64,000 bases of DNA from Hyphomicrobiales bacterium (lineage in GTDB: Bacteria; Pseudomonadota; Alphaproteobacteria; Rhizobiales; JACESI01), in contig JBDXGY010000006.1 in the NCBI GenBank assembly GCA_039989895.1, forward strand, positions 938,245 through 1,002,244, given 5' to 3'. Below are positions 10,206-20,241 of the stretch, one piece after another. Within the stretch, counting starts at the first letter, position 1; every line of letters begins with the position of its first letter. The translations under genes were made by a program, and so were the position numbers. The notes beneath the pieces are model-generated. The model ran no database searches. It was not told the origin of the DNA and saw only the letters and a program-made list of their open reading frames with translations.

Positions 10206-10411
10206 TATTCGTATTCCCTCCGGATTAGATAGATAGTCCATCAAAATTGAACGCCTCAATTACCCTATAGATGAGGCGACGATTAATGAGACATTAATGA
10301 ATCAAGGAGCTTAATCAAGTCTACTTTTGTTGGGTATAGTAGTTCTTCAGAGGAAACTATCCTCTGAAATTAAATCACACCCCGAAGAAATTTTTTACAA
10401 GGCATAAAAAG

Positions 10412-11398
10412 CTAGAAATGCGTGTAACCCTCTATTTTAATTTTAGATTTTTTATCATCATCATAAAGCCTCACCAATCCTTTAGCAGATTGGCTCATTT
10501 CACCCACACGCGTGACTTTTGATTCATTATCAAGACAGGCATCAATGAATTGCTGTTCATTCTCAATAGGGATGCTCATTAAGCACTGATAATCATCCCC
10601 TCCTTTAACGACAGCATCTAGCAATACAGGATTAAGCTCAAGAATCGCTTTCACCGTCTCGCTAAAAGGAAGGCAATCTTGCTGAATGCGCGCGCTTACA
10701 CCACTTGCGTGGCACATATGAGCGCTATCCGTGAGAATCCCGTCCGAAATGTCCATGCTTGCAGAGGCATATTGCGCTATGATGGATTGAAGCCCAATGG
10801 GCGGCTGAGGCAACAAATAGGCAGCAGCCAAATCACTCATTAAACTGTCTGACGCGCCTTCAAACAGATCAGGCTCTTTTAAACTCAACAAACCAAGCGC
10901 AGAGTCGCCAAGCGTTCCCGATACATAAAGCGCCTCGCCAGCGCTCGCGCCCATACGCGTAACAGGCCCCTCTTCAGAGGCGAAGCCAAACATCGTAACA
11001 GAAATCATAAAATCATGCAGTGAGCGAGTCGTGTCACCGCCAAGCAGCGAAATCCCGTAAAAATCCTGATCGGCCTCAAGTCCTTGAGCAAAAGCTTCCA
11101 TAAAAGCAGCATCAGCCCTATTCGGGAAACTCAACCCAAGCGCATAATAAGCAGGGTCAGCACCTTTTGATATGATATCCGATACATTAGTGCGCAGTGC
11201 TTTTCGAGCAATCAAATCAGGCAGGTCATCAGGGAAAAAATGCACATTACCAACCAGAACATCTTTGCTCATAATCAGTGTCGCGCCATCAGGCACCGAA
11301 AGCACAGCGGAATCATCAAGTAAATTAAAAGCCCCCGGATTGGTCGCGAGCGGCTTTAAGTATCGTGCGATCAGATCAAATTCACCAATGTCCTGCAC
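10412..11398 (-). CDS. thiL: Thiamine-monophosphate kinase
   Basis: 328 aa with an AIR-synthase-like fold sequence ('DDSAVL', 'GGDT'). It sits immediately downstream of nusB, as in many proteobacteria. Confidence 0.85.
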   Translation of the reverse strand: MQDIGEFDLIARYLKPLATNPGAFNLLDDSAVLSVPDGATLIMSKDVLVGNVHFFPDDLPDLIARKALRTNVSDIISKGADPAYYALGLSFPNRADAAFMEAFAQGLEADQDFYGISLLGGDTTRSLHDFMISVTMFGFASEEGPVTRMGASAGEALYVSGTLGDSALGLLSLKEPDLFEGASDSLMSDLAAAYLLPQPPIGLQSIIAQYASASMDISDGILTDSAHMCHASGVSARIQQDCLPFSETVKAILELNPVLLDAVVKGGDDYQCLMSIPIENEQQFIDACLDNESKVTRVGEMSQSAKGLVRLYDDDKKSKIKIEGYTHF

Positions 11399-11409
11399 TA
11401 TGAAGGCCT

Positions 11410-11916
11410 CTACTTTTTATCCACTTCATCCTCACGGAAAAGGCGGGCAATCTTGTCCAAAACACCGTTCACCATCCGTGGCTCATCAACGTCGAAAAAT
11501 GCTTTTGCAACATCGACATATTCAGAAATGATAACACGGGCTGGAACATCTTTGCGGTTTTTCAGCTCAAAGGCTCCACAACGTAAAGTAGCCCGCAACG
11601 TCGTATCGACGCGGCCCAGGGGCCAATCGGGCGTCAATGCATCGTTGATAATAGGATCAATGGTTGATTGCTCCGCGACAACGCCACTCATGATCCCACG
11701 AAAATAAGCCGCATCCGCGCTTAAATATTGTTCGCCATCAATATCGTGCCCTAAACGTGTATTCTCATATTCAGCGACAATCTCAGTAACATTAGCGCCC
11801 CCTATCTCCATTTGATAGAGCGCTTGAACCGCAGCCAATCGTGCAGCGCCGCGTTTATTGGCAGAGCGAGGCTCGCCATGCATCTTTGTTTTTTGTTGCT
11901 TTTCCTGCTTGGCCAT
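11410..11916 (-). CDS. nusB: Transcription antitermination factor NusB
   Basis: 168 aa. '[16 protein letters not shown]' is a typical NusB N-terminus. It overlaps the ribH stop by 1 nt (TGATG). Confidence 0.9.
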   Translation of the reverse strand: MAKQEKQQKTKMHGEPRSANKRGAARLAAVQALYQMEIGGANVTEIVAEYENTRLGHDIDGEQYLSADAAYFRGIMSGVVAEQSTIDPIINDALTPDWPLGRVDTTLRATLRCGAFELKNRKDVPARVIISEYVDVAKAFFDVDEPRMVNGVLDKIARLFREDEVDKK

Positions 11917-12377
11917 TACTTGCGTCGCACTGATAATTGTTCTGATAAAGCAATCACAGAAAGTGCTGCATTAGCCGCTTCGCCACCTTTGTTTTTATCC
12001 GACTTCTTAGCCCGCGCCCAAGCCTGCGCTTCGTTTTCAACAGTCAAAATTGCGTTGCCAATAGCAATAGAAGAAGAAACGCTCAAGTCCATTAAGGCGC
12101 GCGCAGATTCATTGGCAACAGTTTCATAATGCGTTGTTTCACCGCGAATGACGCATCCCAAAACCACAAATCCATCAAAAAAAGTACCACCATCTTCCAT
12201 AGCATCAATGGCGATCGCGACCGCCGTGGGAATTTCTAAAACGCCCGGAACGCTAACAACGTCATATGTCGCGCCATCTTCTTTGATCGCGGCAATCGCA
12301 CCTTCTTGTAGGCTATCTGCTATCTCTTCGTAAAAACGAGCTTCAACAATTAAAAGATGCGGCGGTTTGTCAGCCAT
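11916..12377 (-). CDS. ribH: 6,7-dimethyl-8-ribityllumazine synthase
   Basis: 153 aa. '[16 protein letters not shown]...VPGVLEIP' is typical of the lumazine synthase family. It lies in the rib cluster. Confidence 0.9.
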   Translation of the reverse strand: MADKPPHLLIVEARFYEEIADSLQEGAIAAIKEDGATYDVVSVPGVLEIPTAVAIAIDAMEDGGTFFDGFVVLGCVIRGETTHYETVANESARALMDLSVSSSIAIGNAILTVENEAQAWARAKKSDKNKGGEAANAALSVIALSEQLSVRRK

Positions 12378-12462
12378 GAGTACATGGACCCTTTATCGAT
12401 GTGAGTTTAAGATGCATCCAACACAGTCGACGCAATTTGTCCAGCCTAATTGACTCGTCTTA

Positions 12463-13080
12463 TTATTTGGAAATCTCTTGCTGATGTTCAATCAAGCGCA
12501 CCACATACCGCGCCATCTGATCAACTTCGATATTGATGTCATCACCGGTTTGCAGGTTACCCCATGTAGTAACCTCTAGCGTGTGACGGATAAGAAGCAC
12601 ATCAAATATTGATTTTTCAATATTATTCACGGTGAGAGATGTGCCATTCAAGGCAACGGATCCCTTGGGCACAATGAACTTTACGAGTTCATCCGGCGCA
12701 CTCAAGATGAAGCGCGTAGCGTCTCCCTCGCTCTTAATATCCATCACCCGTGCAATTCCATCCACATGACCGCTGACCATATGACCACCAAGCTCATCAC
12801 CTTGCTTCAAAGAACGCTCAAGGTTGATGATTGTACCCTCATCCCAGTGTACTGCATTGGTCAGGCGCAAAGCTTCTTCCCATGCTTCCACTTCAAACCA
12901 GCGGTCACCGCTACCATCAGATAAAGCCACCACAGTCAGGCAAACACCATTGCAGGCGATGGACGCCCCAATATCGATGCTTTTGGGATCATAGGCCGTT
13001 TGAATTCGAAATGTTTTACCTTGGTCGCGTTTAAGAACCAATGTAATGCGCCCCTGATCTGTGATAATACCAGTAAACAT
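12463..13080 (-). CDS. ribE: Riboflavin synthase alpha chain
   Basis: 205 aa with the classic 'MFTGII' start and an internally duplicated lumazine-binding repeat ('SIACNGVCLTV' / 'SVALNGTSLTV'). Confidence 0.9.
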   Translation of the reverse strand: MFTGIITDQGRITLVLKRDQGKTFRIQTAYDPKSIDIGASIACNGVCLTVVALSDGSGDRWFEVEAWEEALRLTNAVHWDEGTIINLERSLKQGDELGGHMVSGHVDGIARVMDIKSEGDATRFILSAPDELVKFIVPKGSVALNGTSLTVNNIEKSIFDVLLIRHTLEVTTWGNLQTGDDINIEVDQMARYVVRLIEHQQEISK

Positions 13081-14261
13081 CAGGCGCGCTCCCAGATAGT
13101 CAGCTGATCTTTTCCATAGGAGGAATGCTCTTCAGCCTTCAATCCATTCTTGCGTAATGTTCCTTCAATATCATCACCTGATGATAGCGCTGGCATACCG
13201 TTAGAGCCGATTTCATCTGCACCTTTGAATAAAGCCACACGATCCACTAGGTCCTGCGCCAAGAGGGACTGCGCCACAGTCGCACCGCCCTCAACCATCA
13301 CATTTGTACAATTAAGTTCAGCTAAATGAGCCATCACAGCATTAAGCGATAATTGCCCATCATCATCACAGGCGACACGCACAATCTGTGCCCCTTTATC
13401 TTCAAGCGCCTTTTGTCGTTTTGTATCAGCACTCTCGGCAACAAAAACCATGACGGGTACGTTATCAATTGTCTCAAATAATTTGGCACTCAAAGGCGTT
13501 CTCGCATCGCTATCAAGAATGACGCGCATAGATGACATCTTGCTCATACCGGGCAATCGACATGTTAAATCCGGATCATCCGCCAGCACCGTACCAATAC
13601 CAACCAACACAGCGTCAGCACGTGCCCGCATAGCATGCACTGCACGACGCGCAAGCGGGCCGGTGATTGCCACCATGCCCTCGCCTTCTCGACCAATCAT
13701 CCCATCCACGGACACCGCAAGTTTCAAGGCAATGGCAGGACGCGCCTTTTCTATGCGCAAGACATGACCCAGATTAGCCCTCTTAGCCTCATGGGTTGCA
13801 ACATTTTCATAAACTTCAATACCAGCATCACGCAAGAAAGCCGCCCCCTTGCCTGAAACACGCGAGTCTGGGTCGTCCATAGCGATCACAACGCGAGAGA
13901 CGCCAGCACGCATCAGTGCATCGACACAGGGCGGAGTGCGACCATGATGAGCACATGGTTCAAGGCTGACATAACATGTGGCACCGCGTGCGCGCTCACC
14001 AGCCTCAGTAAGCGCTACAACCTCACCGTGCGGTCTGCCACCATCTGCTGTCACACCACGGCCGACGACAACGGGACCCGCCTCATCAAATTGCACTATC
14101 AAAGCCCCGACGGAAGGATTTGGTGATGTCAGCCCAATACGGCTTAGGCCAAGGCGTATACTTGCCTGCAAAAATGCATGGTCAACATCATTCAATAATT
14201 CGTTTTGAAGGCGCTCATGTTTAGACAAAGCGCACGAGCTTACAGCAACTGCCACGCGCAC
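13080..14261 (-). CDS. ribD: Bifunctional riboflavin biosynthesis protein RibD (pyrimidine deaminase/reductase)
   Basis: 393 aa. Deaminase zinc motifs 'HGEVVAL' and 'PCAHHGRTPPC', followed by a reductase domain. There is a 1-nt stop/start overlap with ribE. Confidence 0.9.
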   Translation of the reverse strand: MRVAVAVSSCALSKHERLQNELLNDVDHAFLQASIRLGLSRIGLTSPNPSVGALIVQFDEAGPVVVGRGVTADGGRPHGEVVALTEAGERARGATCYVSLEPCAHHGRTPPCVDALMRAGVSRVVIAMDDPDSRVSGKGAAFLRDAGIEVYENVATHEAKRANLGHVLRIEKARPAIALKLAVSVDGMIGREGEGMVAITGPLARRAVHAMRARADAVLVGIGTVLADDPDLTCRLPGMSKMSSMRVILDSDARTPLSAKLFETIDNVPVMVFVAESADTKRQKALEDKGAQIVRVACDDDGQLSLNAVMAHLAELNCTNVMVEGGATVAQSLLAQDLVDRVALFKGADEIGSNGMPALSSGDDIEGTLRKNGLKAEEHSSYGKDQLTIWERA

Positions 14262-14263
14262 TC

Positions 14264-14746
14264 CTATTTTTCAGAATCATCTTCTTTAGCATCATCTTGA
14301 TGATCCAATTCGCCCAATACCGCCACAAAATCTTTGGCTTCACGAAAATTACGATAAACCGACGCAAAACGCACATAAGCAACATCATCAAGTTCTTTCA
14401 AGCGCTCCATGATGAGAAGCCCCACCTGATCGGACGCAACATCGGCCTCTCCTGCGCTTTCAAGCTGACGGACAATGCCACTCACCAGACGGTCTACTCG
14501 ATCAGGATCAACGTTTCTTTTGCGTAATGCAACTTGAACAGAGCGAGCCAATTTATCACGATCAAAAGGAACCCGTCTGCCAGATCGTTTGACGACATTA
14601 AGTTCGCGAAGCTGAACCCGCTCAAAGGTAGTAAAACGGCCACCGCAATCGGCACAAATGCGCCGACGTCTTATGGCAGTGTTATCCTCGCTTGGGCGAG
14701 AATCTTTCACTTGCGTGTTATCGCTTGAACAAAAGGGGCAACGCAT
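14264..14746 (-). CDS. nrdR: Transcriptional repressor NrdR
   Basis: 160 aa. Zinc ribbon '[17 protein letters not shown]...[14 protein letters not shown]' followed by an ATP-cone. Confidence 0.95.
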   Translation of the reverse strand: MRCPFCSSDNTQVKDSRPSEDNTAIRRRRICADCGGRFTTFERVQLRELNVVKRSGRRVPFDRDKLARSVQVALRKRNVDPDRVDRLVSGIVRQLESAGEADVASDQVGLLIMERLKELDDVAYVRFASVYRNFREAKDFVAVLGELDHQDDAKEDDSEK

Positions 14747-14764
14747 TAGTCAGACAGACCTTTC

Positions 14765-16078
14765 TTAGATCTCGCCATATATTGGAAAACGAGACGTCAA
14801 TTCAAGAACTTTCTCTTTAACAGAAGCTTCCACACCTGCATTACCCTCTTCACCATTATCTTTCAAACCATCAAGAACCTCGGTTATGAAATTGCCGATA
14901 AGCTCGAATTCGTCAACGCCAAAGCCGCGCGTAGTACCAGCAGGAGTTCCAAGGCGAATGCCGGATGTAATAGTTGGTTTTTCAGGATCAAACGGAATGC
15001 CATTTTTATTACAAGTAATAAATGCACGACCAAGTGCCTTTTCCGCACTATCACCTGTCAAACCTTTAGGCCGCAGATCAACTAGCATCAAATGCGTATC
15101 CGTTCCGCCAGATACAATATCAAACCCATTTTTTTGTAGGTTTTCCGCAAGAGCTTTAGCATTATCAACTACTTGGCGAATATAAGTCTTATATGACGGT
15201 TGTAATGCTTCACCAAAAGCCACAGCTTTACCGGCAATCACATGCATCAAAGGCCCACCTTGAAGACCTGGGAAAACGGCTGAATTGATTTTCTTTGCAA
15301 TCGCTTCATCATTAGTAACAATCATACCCCCGCGTGGGCCACGCAGTGTTTTATGCGTTGTTGTTGTTGCAACATGAGCATGCGGAAACGGACTTGGATG
15401 CGCACCACCAGCCACCAGACCGGCAAAATGCGCCATATCCACATGAAAATAAGCGCCTACTTCATCAGCAATCGCACGAAATTTGGCAAAGTCTATAATC
15501 GGGCTATAGGCTGAACCACCCGCAATAATCATTGCAGGCTTGTGTTCAACTGCGAGCGCACGAACTTGGTCGTAGTCAATATGCGAATCTTCTTTACGAA
15601 CGCCATATTGAACCGCATTAAACCATTTTCCTGAAAGATTGGGTTTTGCCCCATGAGTGAGGTGACCACCAGCATCAAGGCTCATCCCTAAAATGGTGTC
15701 TCCCGGCTTTAGCAGCGCAAGAAATACTGCCTGATTTGCCTGACTACCAGAATTTGGCTGAACATTAGCAAAGCCGCAATTGAACAATTCTTTCGCGCGG
15801 TTAATGGCAGCGTCTTCAACCAGGTCAACAAATTGGCAACCACCATAATACCGCCGTCCAGAATAACCTTCAGCATATTTATTAGTTAAAACAGATCCTT
15901 GCGCCTCAATTACGGCACGTGATGTAATATTTTCAGAAGCAATTAATTCAATTTCTTGCGATTGGCGAACATGTTCCTTAGCAATGGCGTCAGCAACGAC
16001 AGAGTCCACCTCCACAAGATTTTTACCAAAAAAATCAGTATGAACAACAGATTGTTTAGTTTGATCGGTAGCAGCCAT
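14765..16078 (-). CDS. glyA: Serine hydroxymethyltransferase
   Basis: 437 aa with the PLP-lysine motif '[14 protein letters not shown]'. Confidence 0.95.
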   Translation of the reverse strand: MAATDQTKQSVVHTDFFGKNLVEVDSVVADAIAKEHVRQSQEIELIASENITSRAVIEAQGSVLTNKYAEGYSGRRYYGGCQFVDLVEDAAINRAKELFNCGFANVQPNSGSQANQAVFLALLKPGDTILGMSLDAGGHLTHGAKPNLSGKWFNAVQYGVRKEDSHIDYDQVRALAVEHKPAMIIAGGSAYSPIIDFAKFRAIADEVGAYFHVDMAHFAGLVAGGAHPSPFPHAHVATTTTHKTLRGPRGGMIVTNDEAIAKKINSAVFPGLQGGPLMHVIAGKAVAFGEALQPSYKTYIRQVVDNAKALAENLQKNGFDIVSGGTDTHLMLVDLRPKGLTGDSAEKALGRAFITCNKNGIPFDPEKPTITSGIRLGTPAGTTRGFGVDEFELIGNFITEVLDGLKDNGEEGNAGVEASVKEKVLELTSRFPIYGEI

Positions 16079-16306
16079 TTAGAACTCCAAAATAGGTATG
16101 ATATTTAAACGTCAATATGTATTCAGCCACGCATTGTGATTATCTAATCCATAAGCAAAGAATACCTATGGCAATCAATATATTTTGAGAGATTGTATCA
16201 TCCAAAACGTTTCATAAACCAGAAATGACGCTTTAGCATTCGGTAATTCATGAGTCCAATTGAGAATTAGCAATATTACAAATGTCCAAAACTAAAATGC
16301 TCAATA

Positions 16307-16549
16307 TCAAATCAATACACCGCCACGCTTGTCTTCAGGTTCGGCTGACTTGTGTTTCTTATCAGTTTGCGCGCGTGACTTGGCCAAAACATGATTGAGC
16401 TTATCAACTGCAACGCGGTTCATTTCAGGTTTTGATGCTGTGGCAGGCGCAATAATACACACTTCGATACCAGTATCTGGATCAATCGCAGTGACCTTTA
16501 CCTGCGGCCCAAGTTGTATGTATTCCAGATAAAATTCTTTTTCGCTCAC
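16307..16549 (-). CDS. Small conserved hypothetical protein
   Basis: 80-aa ORF between the L,D-transpeptidase gene and glyA on the same strand. Its codon usage resembles that of its neighbours. I recall a small ORF at this position in rhizobial genomes, but I have not verified this. Confidence 0.55.
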   Translation of the reverse strand: MSEKEFYLEYIQLGPQVKVTAIDPDTGIEVCIIAPATASKPEMNRVAVDKLNHVLAKSRAQTDKKHKSAEPEDKRGGVLI

Positions 16550-16606
16550 AGCTATCCCTCATCACAGGGGTAGCAATATCGCAGATTCGTGCTTTGGTCG
16601 CAAAAC

Positions 16607-17857
16607 CTATCTGAGAGCAAGCGGTCCAAGACCATCGCGGTCATAAACATCATCACGGAAATGAACCACACCACCTGGTGCACCCCAAGCTGTCACATAT
16701 GTCATGTAAAGAGGTACAGACTTCGAAATATCGGCGTTGATACGCTCACCAGATGCAATTGTCTGGTCGATAGTATTACGTCCCCATCCATTTGTATCTT
16801 GTAGCAGCCACCGAACAAATTCACGCACATTTTGAACGCGCACACATCCTGATGAATGAAAGCGGACTTCTTTTCCGAAAAGAGTTTGATCAGGTGTATC
16901 ATGAAGATAGACCTGATGATCATTTTTGAAGTTAATGCGCATTTGGCCAAGTGAATTCTTCTCACCCGGGTCCTGACGGAAACGGTAATTGACAGCCTCC
17001 TCGCTGAACCAGTTAACTTGTGAAGGCTGAAGTTCCTGTCCATTCTGCGCATAAATGCGAATTGAATTATCTGTGAGGTAATTCGGTTCTTTTTGCATAA
17101 TAGGAATCAAGTCTTTGCGGATGATACTCACAGGCACAGTCCAGAAAGGATTGAAGTTTACTTCATGAATTTTACTGTTGAGAATTGGTGTTTGTCTGTC
17201 AATTTTACCGACGACACCAGTATGACGTGAATGAACACGCCCACCTTCAACGGTTTCAAGTTCAGCAGCAGGAACATTCACAATCACATAACGATTGCCC
17301 AAATATCCTGATAGCGACCGCAATCTCACTAGATTTGTCTGTAGTTGGCGGTAACGCACATCAGCAGGAACGTTCAAGGCCGACAAGGTCAAGGTACCAA
17401 TAACACCGTCCACGGCCATACCGTGACGGGCTTGGAAGTTTTTAACGCCAGCACCAACATATGAGTCAAAAACATCTGATTTAGTAAGGCTAGGATCAAG
17501 ATCACCGGAAACAGCGAGACGTTTTCTCAAAGCAACAATATTACTATCGCGAGCACCGAGACTTAAACGCTTAGTTGCTGGCACTTGATTCCAACCACCG
17601 TTATTAACAATCTGACTATAGTGATTTAAAGCTGCCTCAACATCACGAACAGCTGTTGCTGACAAAGTCGGCTGAAAGTCACGCACTTGTTTCGAAGGTG
17701 ACAATGAGTCAAAGCCATCTGACCATTCTGCAAGGTTGCCGTCTTGCAAAAGGCTTAAAATAGGATCATTGGTCTCAGCAAAAGCTGTACCCGCACCTGC
17801 AAATGTTGCACTCGCGCCTGCTAAAAATGCGCGCCTAGAAAACTTGCTTGTCACCAA
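16607..17857 (-). CDS. L,D-transpeptidase with N-terminal peptidoglycan-binding domain (YcbB/LdtP-like)
   Basis: 416 aa. Tat-type signal 'SRRAFLAGASATFAGAG'. PG-binding-like 'LRKRLAVSGDL...FQARHGMAVDGVIG'. Catalytic motif 'YLHDTPDQTLFGKEVRFHSSGCVRV'. Confidence 0.85.
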   Translation of the reverse strand: MVTSKFSRRAFLAGASATFAGAGTAFAETNDPILSLLQDGNLAEWSDGFDSLSPSKQVRDFQPTLSATAVRDVEAALNHYSQIVNNGGWNQVPATKRLSLGARDSNIVALRKRLAVSGDLDPSLTKSDVFDSYVGAGVKNFQARHGMAVDGVIGTLTLSALNVPADVRYRQLQTNLVRLRSLSGYLGNRYVIVNVPAAELETVEGGRVHSRHTGVVGKIDRQTPILNSKIHEVNFNPFWTVPVSIIRKDLIPIMQKEPNYLTDNSIRIYAQNGQELQPSQVNWFSEEAVNYRFRQDPGEKNSLGQMRINFKNDHQVYLHDTPDQTLFGKEVRFHSSGCVRVQNVREFVRWLLQDTNGWGRNTIDQTIASGERINADISKSVPLYMTYVTAWGAPGGVVHFRDDVYDRDGLGPLALR

Positions 17858-18049
17858 TCTTCTCCTAATTATAACTTTAGAGCCAACCTTAAACTGTAAA
17901 TGTGTGCATTCTGTGGAAAATACAAGCGATATTTTACAGATTATCTATGCAAATACTGTTAAATTACCGCAAAACACATAACCTCACACAATTGTTATGA
18001 CTGGAACAGTCCGTGATATCTAATTCCCATCTTTTGTGAGGGCTTCATT

Positions 18050-18823
18050 TTGCTAACTACCCTAATTGTCACCATTGCCATTTTTACAGTTGCATGGGCG
18101 GCTCATATTCCCAAAAATGATGCTGGAATTATTGATCTATTTTGGGGGCCGGGCTTTGCTGTGATCGCTATTATATGCTTTGTTCTGGGCGACCAGCACA
18201 CGCTGCTTCATATAATTTTATTATTATCAACAATAACTTGGGGCCTTCGTCTTGGTTGGCATCTTACACTCAGACACAACAGGTCCGTGAATGAAGACAG
18301 GCGCTATGCAAAAATGCGCACGAAAAATGGCTCTTCTTTTTGGTGGATCAGTTTTTTTAAAATTTTTCTATTGCAGGCAGTGTTGATGTGGCTAATTGCA
18401 ACACCACAACATCTTGGATTACTGTATTTTGATAACCCAATAGCCTCTTTTAAAAATTTTATATTTTTCATTGGGTTTTTAGTTTTTATTTTCGGGTTTT
18501 TATTTGAAACAATCGCCGATTGGCAGCTTAGCCAGTTCAAAATTAATAGAACGAATCACAATCAAACCATGTCAAAAGGTCTTTGGGCCTATTCGCGGCA
18601 CCCTAATTACTTTGGTGAAGTCGTGCTTTGGTGGGGTTTTGGGCTAATGGCGTTGGCTCTAAGCGGTTCCGTGCTTTCGCTCGCTGGCCCTGCTCTTTTA
18701 ACATTTCTGATTTTAAAAGTATCTGGTGTGTCGATGTTAGAAAAACATCTTGCACCAGAAAAAGAAAACTATCGAGACTATATCAAAAATACCAGCGCAT
18801 TCTTTCCCAGACGGCCCGAATAA
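18050..18823 (+). CDS. DUF1295 / steroid-5-alpha-reductase-like membrane protein
   Basis: 257 aa with a TTG start, multi-TM. 'YSRHPNYFGEVVLWWG' is the hallmark of the DUF1295/ICMT-like family. Confidence 0.75.
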   Translation: MLTTLIVTIAIFTVAWAAHIPKNDAGIIDLFWGPGFAVIAIICFVLGDQHTLLHIILLLSTITWGLRLGWHLTLRHNRSVNEDRRYAKMRTKNGSSFWWISFFKIFLLQAVLMWLIATPQHLGLLYFDNPIASFKNFIFFIGFLVFIFGFLFETIADWQLSQFKINRTNHNQTMSKGLWAYSRHPNYFGEVVLWWGFGLMALALSGSVLSLAGPALLTFLILKVSGVSMLEKHLAPEKENYRDYIKNTSAFFPRRPE

Positions 18824-18851
18824 ACCAATAAGAACCTAGCTCATCTCAAAC

Positions 18852-18886
18852 AAAAAAGACCCCCGCATACACGCGAAGGTCTTTTA
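18852..18886. terminator. Possible bidirectional terminator hairpin
   Basis: 'aaAAAAGACCcccgcatacacgcgaaGGTCTTTTat' lies between convergent genes. The stem is imperfect and extended, with a large loop. Confidence 0.4.
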
Positions 18887-18948
18887 TATTGAAAAGTCTT
18901 ATATTTCCATCAATCCTCAGCACTAAACGCGACAAAGGATAAAGCGGC

Positions 18949-19461
18949 CTATAGACGATAAAGGATTTGATCTGTCCAAAAACGTTCTAAACGCATCAGT
19001 GATTTATTCAGCATTTCAAATTCACCCGCGCCGATACCACCAATTTTTTGAATAGACATTGTGTGACGCTCATAAAGATCAGTCACAATATCAGCAACTT
19101 CGCGTCCTTTATCCGTCAAGCTTACTCGAACTGAACGACGGTCCAAATCTGAACGCTGATGAGAAATATAACCAGATTCAACAAGTTTCTTAAGATTATA
19201 AGAAACGTTTGAGCCCAGATAATACCCACGGGTTCGCAATTCACCAGCCGTTAGATCGGCATCACCAATATTATAAAGAAGAAGTGCTTGCACACTATTC
19301 ACATCAGAGCGGCCATTACGGTCAAACTCATCTTTAATTACATCCAAAAGCCGGCGGTGCAGTCTTTCTACTAACCGCAAAGACTCAAGATAATGAGGAC
19401 GCAATACATCGATCTCATCTACGTGCTCTTCGGATTCTGCTACACCAATCATATTACTCAT
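18949..19461 (-). CDS. MarR-family transcriptional regulator (LdtR-like by context)
   Basis: 170 aa. wHTH region 'LTAGELRTRGYYLGSNVSYNLKKLVESGYISHQRSDLDRRSVRVSLTDKG'. It lies near the glyA-adjacent L,D-transpeptidase, as ldtR/ldtP do in Liberibacter and Sinorhizobium. Confidence 0.8.
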   Translation of the reverse strand: MSNMIGVAESEEHVDEIDVLRPHYLESLRLVERLHRRLLDVIKDEFDRNGRSDVNSVQALLLYNIGDADLTAGELRTRGYYLGSNVSYNLKKLVESGYISHQRSDLDRRSVRVSLTDKGREVADIVTDLYERHTMSIQKIGGIGAGEFEMLNKSLMRLERFWTDQILYRL

Positions 19462-19627
19462 TTGCTTCGCCTTTCACTGTTTGGCGCTCTTTACCACACC
19501 TAACTTGAAAACGATTTTAGACGACAGCCGATAAAAACAGCTTAAAACTAATAGTTAAAATAGTAATAATCTTGAATTAGGCATTCTATATTAAACAAAA
19601 CATGAAGATACCTTTTATTAAGGCTAA

Positions 19628-20089
19628 TTAGTCGCTTTTTTCAATCGATTTGTTTCTTTTTCGGCGAAAAATGAGCAAATGGTAAAGCTGCACTAGATAA
19701 TAGAATATGAGTAAAACCATAAGAAAAACGCCGAAAGTCAGCAATTTTAAATTAATTGGCTGGCCGGTAAAATGGAGCACCAGCAGCACTGTACCCATAA
19801 TCCCCCATAAAATACGTGCCCAGCTCATACCAAGCCACAAGCCAACACCAAGCAGTGGCGTGACAACCGCCAGCACAGCCATGACGACACCTTGAAATTT
19901 ATTTGCATTAAATGTCTGCTGTATATCGGGGCCGTTATATCCCAACACATGAGACCAAAACAAAATACTCACGCCCAGAATAAACAATGCCAGTATTCTC
20001 AAAAAAACGGATGATGCAATAGCGATGACATGCGGCTTTGGCTGTTTTTCCAATTCGCTCAATTCGTAATTATTCACTATCTCAACCAT
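19628..20089 (-). CDS. Hypothetical integral membrane protein
   Basis: 153-aa ORF with four hydrophobic helices and a basic C-terminal tail. I recognised no family motif. Confidence 0.6.
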   Translation of the reverse strand: MVEIVNNYELSELEKQPKPHVIAIASSVFLRILALFILGVSILFWSHVLGYNGPDIQQTFNANKFQGVVMAVLAVVTPLLGVGLWLGMSWARILWGIMGTVLLVLHFTGQPINLKLLTFGVFLMVLLIFYYLVQLYHLLIFRRKRNKSIEKSD

Positions 20090-20241
20090 ATTTGGCCTAT
20101 TTTATTAAACAACGTTATTTCTGGGCTACAACACAAGCGAGAATCTCGTCTGGCTGATAATTTTATAGCAACATCAGGAATTATTGCCATAAAAGTTGGT
20201 TATTGTCATAAGTAAATACAGACCAAGAAAAGAGCCGGAGT

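Noticed and set aside
10206..10259. 18-codon N-terminal extension of hppA in the ORF track
   Set aside because: The internal ATG at 10205 is preceded by a good SD ('GGAGGGA') and yields the canonical PPase N-terminal helix. The extension contains the SD itself.
10346..10368. 8-bp hairpin 'TTCAGAGGaaactatCCTCTGAA' between thiL and hppA
   Set aside because: No U-tract follows on either strand, so I did not call it a terminator. It may still be a regulatory or processing structure.
12378..12462. Possible FMN riboswitch between ribE and ribH
   Set aside because: At 85 bp it is too short. It also lacks the conserved FMN-element segments (the AGGAUAGU...GGUG.AAUUCC-type cores).
16079..16306. Possible riboswitch (for example ZTP/pfl or glycine) in the 228-bp glyA leader
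   Set aside because: I could not find the conserved cores on the sense strand (for example CCGCCUGGGC of the ZTP motif). The region is AT-rich without obvious nested helices. cmscan would be needed to be certain.
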